Virus record (IMG/VR): IMGVR_UViG_2851976983_000001
Coordinates: 1-64,000 of that record
Direction: 5' to 3' (one strand)
DNA: 64,000 bases
From: a virus
Taxonomy: Duplodnaviria > Heunggongvirae > Uroviricota > Caudoviricetes
The translations under genes and the position numbers were made by a program. Positions 61,834 through 64,000 of this stretch are shown here, piece after piece. The notes beneath the pieces are model-generated. The model was given only the letters and a program-made list of their open reading frames with translations, was not told the DNA's origin and ran no database searches. The stretch's first letter is position 1. Each line of letters starts with the position of its first letter.

Positions 61834-61868
61834 GCATTGGCGCAACGTACGCGCCAATGCATGATTTT
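61834..61868. terminator. bidirectional rho-independent terminator
   Basis: Hairpin GCATTGGCGC-AACGTAC-GCGCCAATGC followed by ATGATTTTTA. Confidence 0.6.
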
Positions 61869-62227
61869 TAACCTTTTTTCATCAACTCTCGTTTGATTTC
61901 ATCGGTACGCATCGTGACATCGGCAGCTGTGATCGCCTCGTTAAGTTTCACGATGTCCTCGATTTCCTGCGGTGACTTCTCTGCCAGATGGAAAATGGCT
62001 GCGCGAATCACGTCTGAACGGGTGAACTTCTCGAAGCGAGGGATGAACTTCATCATCTCCAGCAGTTCGAAGTATTCGTCCTCCAGTGACATTGTGCGGC
62101 TTTTAATTTTCTCTTTGCCACGAGTCGGGCGTCCCTGTGGTCTGACTGGTTGGCGCAAAGGAGTTGTGTTCTTAGCCGGTGCATCAGGCTCTTTGCGCTT
62201 TGCTAGGTCACCCATTTTCATGGACAT
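61868..62227 (-). CDS. small partition-protein candidate (ParG/ParB-like partner of ParA)
   Basis: 119 aa, basic N-terminus; directly downstream of parA with overlapping stop/start. Confidence 0.5.
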   Translation of the reverse strand: MSMKMGDLAKRKEPDAPAKNTTPLRQPVRPQGRPTRGKEKIKSRTMSLEDEYFELLEMMKFIPRFEKFTRSDVIRAAIFHLAEKSPQEIEDIVKLNEAITAADVTMRTDEIKRELMKKG

Positions 62228-62895
62228 TATTCTTCTTCCTCCAGACTCAACAGATAATCTACAAATTCTTCAAACTCGGCTTCCGCCTTTTTGTCGCGCT
62301 CGCTACCGGTCATTTCAAAGATAGAACGACCAGACTCTTCCGCATCATCATAGACGTTGCGGTTATATAGATTGACTGGCGCAGACTCGATGCCAAACGT
62401 CTCAACAATCTCTTTAGCCGCCAGAATGCGAGACACTTGTGATGGCAAAGCCGGGCACTGGTTCATGACCGCGCGGACCTTCACTTTATCGTTTACATTA
62501 CGAACATTGTCGATAATAGGATCGATGTCACGCAGAGATTTCAAATCACGACGCTTAGGACGAAGCGGGATAATGATAACGTCGGCCATCAGCATCGCTT
62601 GTCGCTGAATTTCGGAGTCAAAGCCACCAGCATCTACCACTACATACTCAGCTCTACCCTGAAGCGATTTTAGGTGCTTAATGATGTCATCCTGAACGTA
62701 TGCAAAAGGAATCAGCTCAAGGTCTTCGTTCTGTCGACGGTCTTCACACCAGCTCGTTGTCGTGCGCTGAATATCTATATCGGTGATATAAACCTTCTTC
62801 TTCTTTTTGACTTTCAGGCAAACGGCAATTTGCTGGGCAACGGTGGATTTGCCAGGCCCGCCCTTTGTGCCGCCAACCACAAAGATCTTGGTCAT
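62227..62895 (-). CDS. parA: ParA-family partition ATPase (small type)
   Basis: Deviant Walker A GGTKGGPGKST at N-terminus, 222 aa. Confidence 0.8.
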   Translation of the reverse strand: MTKIFVVGGTKGGPGKSTVAQQIAVCLKVKKKKKVYITDIDIQRTTTSWCEDRRQNEDLELIPFAYVQDDIIKHLKSLQGRAEYVVVDAGGFDSEIQRQAMLMADVIIIPLRPKRRDLKSLRDIDPIIDNVRNVNDKVKVRAVMNQCPALPSQVSRILAAKEIVETFGIESAPVNLYNRNVYDDAEESGRSIFEMTGSERDKKAEAEFEEFVDYLLSLEEEE

Positions 62896-63071
62896 TGGAG
62901 AGTTCCCTTTGCGTATATAATTATCGTCTGAAACAACTTGTTTTCTTATATGTGATATAGCCTAAATGCCTACGGCTGTGGTGTAAAGGTTAAATGGTAG
63001 GTGCTGCCTTAGAATTTTTAGGCGAGAATCAATGGCTGTTAACAAAAAAGGCGACCAAAGTCGCCTGATTT

Positions 63072-63824
63072 TTAATCTTTTAGGTATAAACCTACTGGAG
63101 TTCTTGTTTTGCGGGAGATGATAAGTACGATAAATTTCTGAACGTTAACTTGCACTTTGTTTGGGAGCCAAGAGCTTAACTCTGCATCAAGCAACAATCC
63201 TCTGTTCCACGGCAAAAATCCGGTTTCTTTCCCCATCCCGTACTCGCCTAACACATCCTCGAACGTTTCTGTTTTGGCATTGTATATACGCACATCGCCG
63301 GTTCGCATGAGAGGCCCTGCCCAGATCTTAGCACCAGGAATGGTTTGTGTATCGTCGCAGACTAAATGCTCATACCAATGAAGAAGAAAGAGATAGGTAC
63401 GGTGACACAATCCTCGCTGACGACGCTCTCTGACAGTTTCGACACCAGCTACCTGGTAACATTCGATCTCATTACCGTCTTCAACAAAACTATATTCACG
63501 CAGAGCTATCCTACCAGCGATCGTATTTTTGTTTTCGTCCAGAAGCCCGGACTGGAGCACCTCTTTGATAATCTCTTCTTCAGGGGCATCTTCATCCGCT
63601 CGATCTAAGATGAATTCGCTCAGGTCGCCTTGGTCGCGCGCACCTACACGTTCCATAGAGACATACAGGCAAATGTCATCTTCTGGTTCAATGATTTCAA
63701 TTTCTGAGATTTTATAGAGGGAGGCTTCATTGATAAGAAAGCCAAAACGAACAACACGAGTCTCCCCTTTATGAGGAAACTCGCTTAGATCTTTTGAATA
63801 TGCGCTATCTAGTGTAGGAGCCAT
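63072..63824 (-). CDS. hypothetical protein (250 aa)
   Basis: ORF; terminator hairpin GGCGACCAAAGTCGCC downstream. Confidence 0.5.
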   Translation of the reverse strand: MAPTLDSAYSKDLSEFPHKGETRVVRFGFLINEASLYKISEIEIIEPEDDICLYVSMERVGARDQGDLSEFILDRADEDAPEEEIIKEVLQSGLLDENKNTIAGRIALREYSFVEDGNEIECYQVAGVETVRERRQRGLCHRTYLFLLHWYEHLVCDDTQTIPGAKIWAGPLMRTGDVRIYNAKTETFEDVLGEYGMGKETGFLPWNRGLLLDAELSSWLPNKVQVNVQKFIVLIISRKTRTPVGLYLKD

Positions 63825-64000
63825 TTTGTAGCAGAATCATCAGCCTTAACCGTGCTGACAATGCTACCATGATTGCGTAAGAAGCGGCGAATAGAATGTT
63901 CAATAACCTCCGAAAAAGCCTCGATAAAACGAGACAGCTCAGGGTACTGTTTAGCTGGCTTGACTACAAAACGAACACGACCATTCAGGTAAATTGCTTC
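63809..64000 (-). CDS. hypothetical protein, 5'-partial (starts beyond window end)
   Basis: Open reverse frame from window end to TAG at 63811-63809, overlapping next gene start by 16 nt. Confidence 0.3.
   Translation of the reverse strand, partial: EAIYLNGRVRFVVKPAKQYPELSRFIEAFSEVIEHSIRRFLRNHGSIVSTVKADDSATKWLLH

Noticed and set aside
62797-62815. AAG triplet run (Lys-run KVKKKKKV) inside parA as a possible slippage or phase-variation tract
   Set aside because: It is a short trinucleotide repeat that preserves frame, not a homopolymer; no evidence for phase variation.

Overview
This 64-kb window looks like part of a phage-plasmid-type mobile replicon rather than ordinary chromosome. All calls were made by eye from the sequence and the six-frame ORF track; no database search, HMM or RNA-folding program was run, and family assignments rest on remembered motifs. 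Main content: (1) a P1/P7-family RepA initiator with 4 iterons upstream and 12 downstream, a DnaA box and a GATC cluster; (2) a small ParA partition ATPase with a small partner gene; (3) a tyrosine recombinase with a perfect 33-bp palindromic site just upstream and an adjacent HTH regulator; (4) a T4-like DNA replication and recombination module: DnaE-type Pol III alpha, DnaB-like helicase, primase, ATP-dependent ligase, gp32-like SSB, RecA/UvsX-like recombinase, 5'-3' exonuclease, SbcD and a truncated SbcC, PhoH, a CobS/CobT-like AAA+/vWA pair, glutaredoxin, an orphan N6-adenine methyltransferase, an SF2 helicase, ParB-like proteins and a tRNA-Asn; (5) a 1954-bp IS21-family element (IS100-like, istA/istB) with no target-site duplication that cuts off the 3' half of the sbcC-like gene; (6) an embedded host-type segment with metG, apbC and a LexA-box-controlled umuD'-like gene, plus a separate CspA-family gene. 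Non-genic signals include three recurrent intergenic motif families, a duplicated repeat block with an 0.8-kb GT-rich non-coding stretch, a candidate small RNA, and a structured non-coding hub around the tRNA. Candidate accessory or defence loci, all unconfirmed: an HNH-like nuclease, lipoprotein and possible HEPN-motif protein cluster; a lower-GC opposite-strand orphan gene; a free-standing GIY-YIG nuclease gene; a two-gene possible toxin-antitoxin cassette; an AT-rich moron island. No CRISPR array or rRNA was found. About 40 ORFs have no recognisable motif and are listed as hypothetical.
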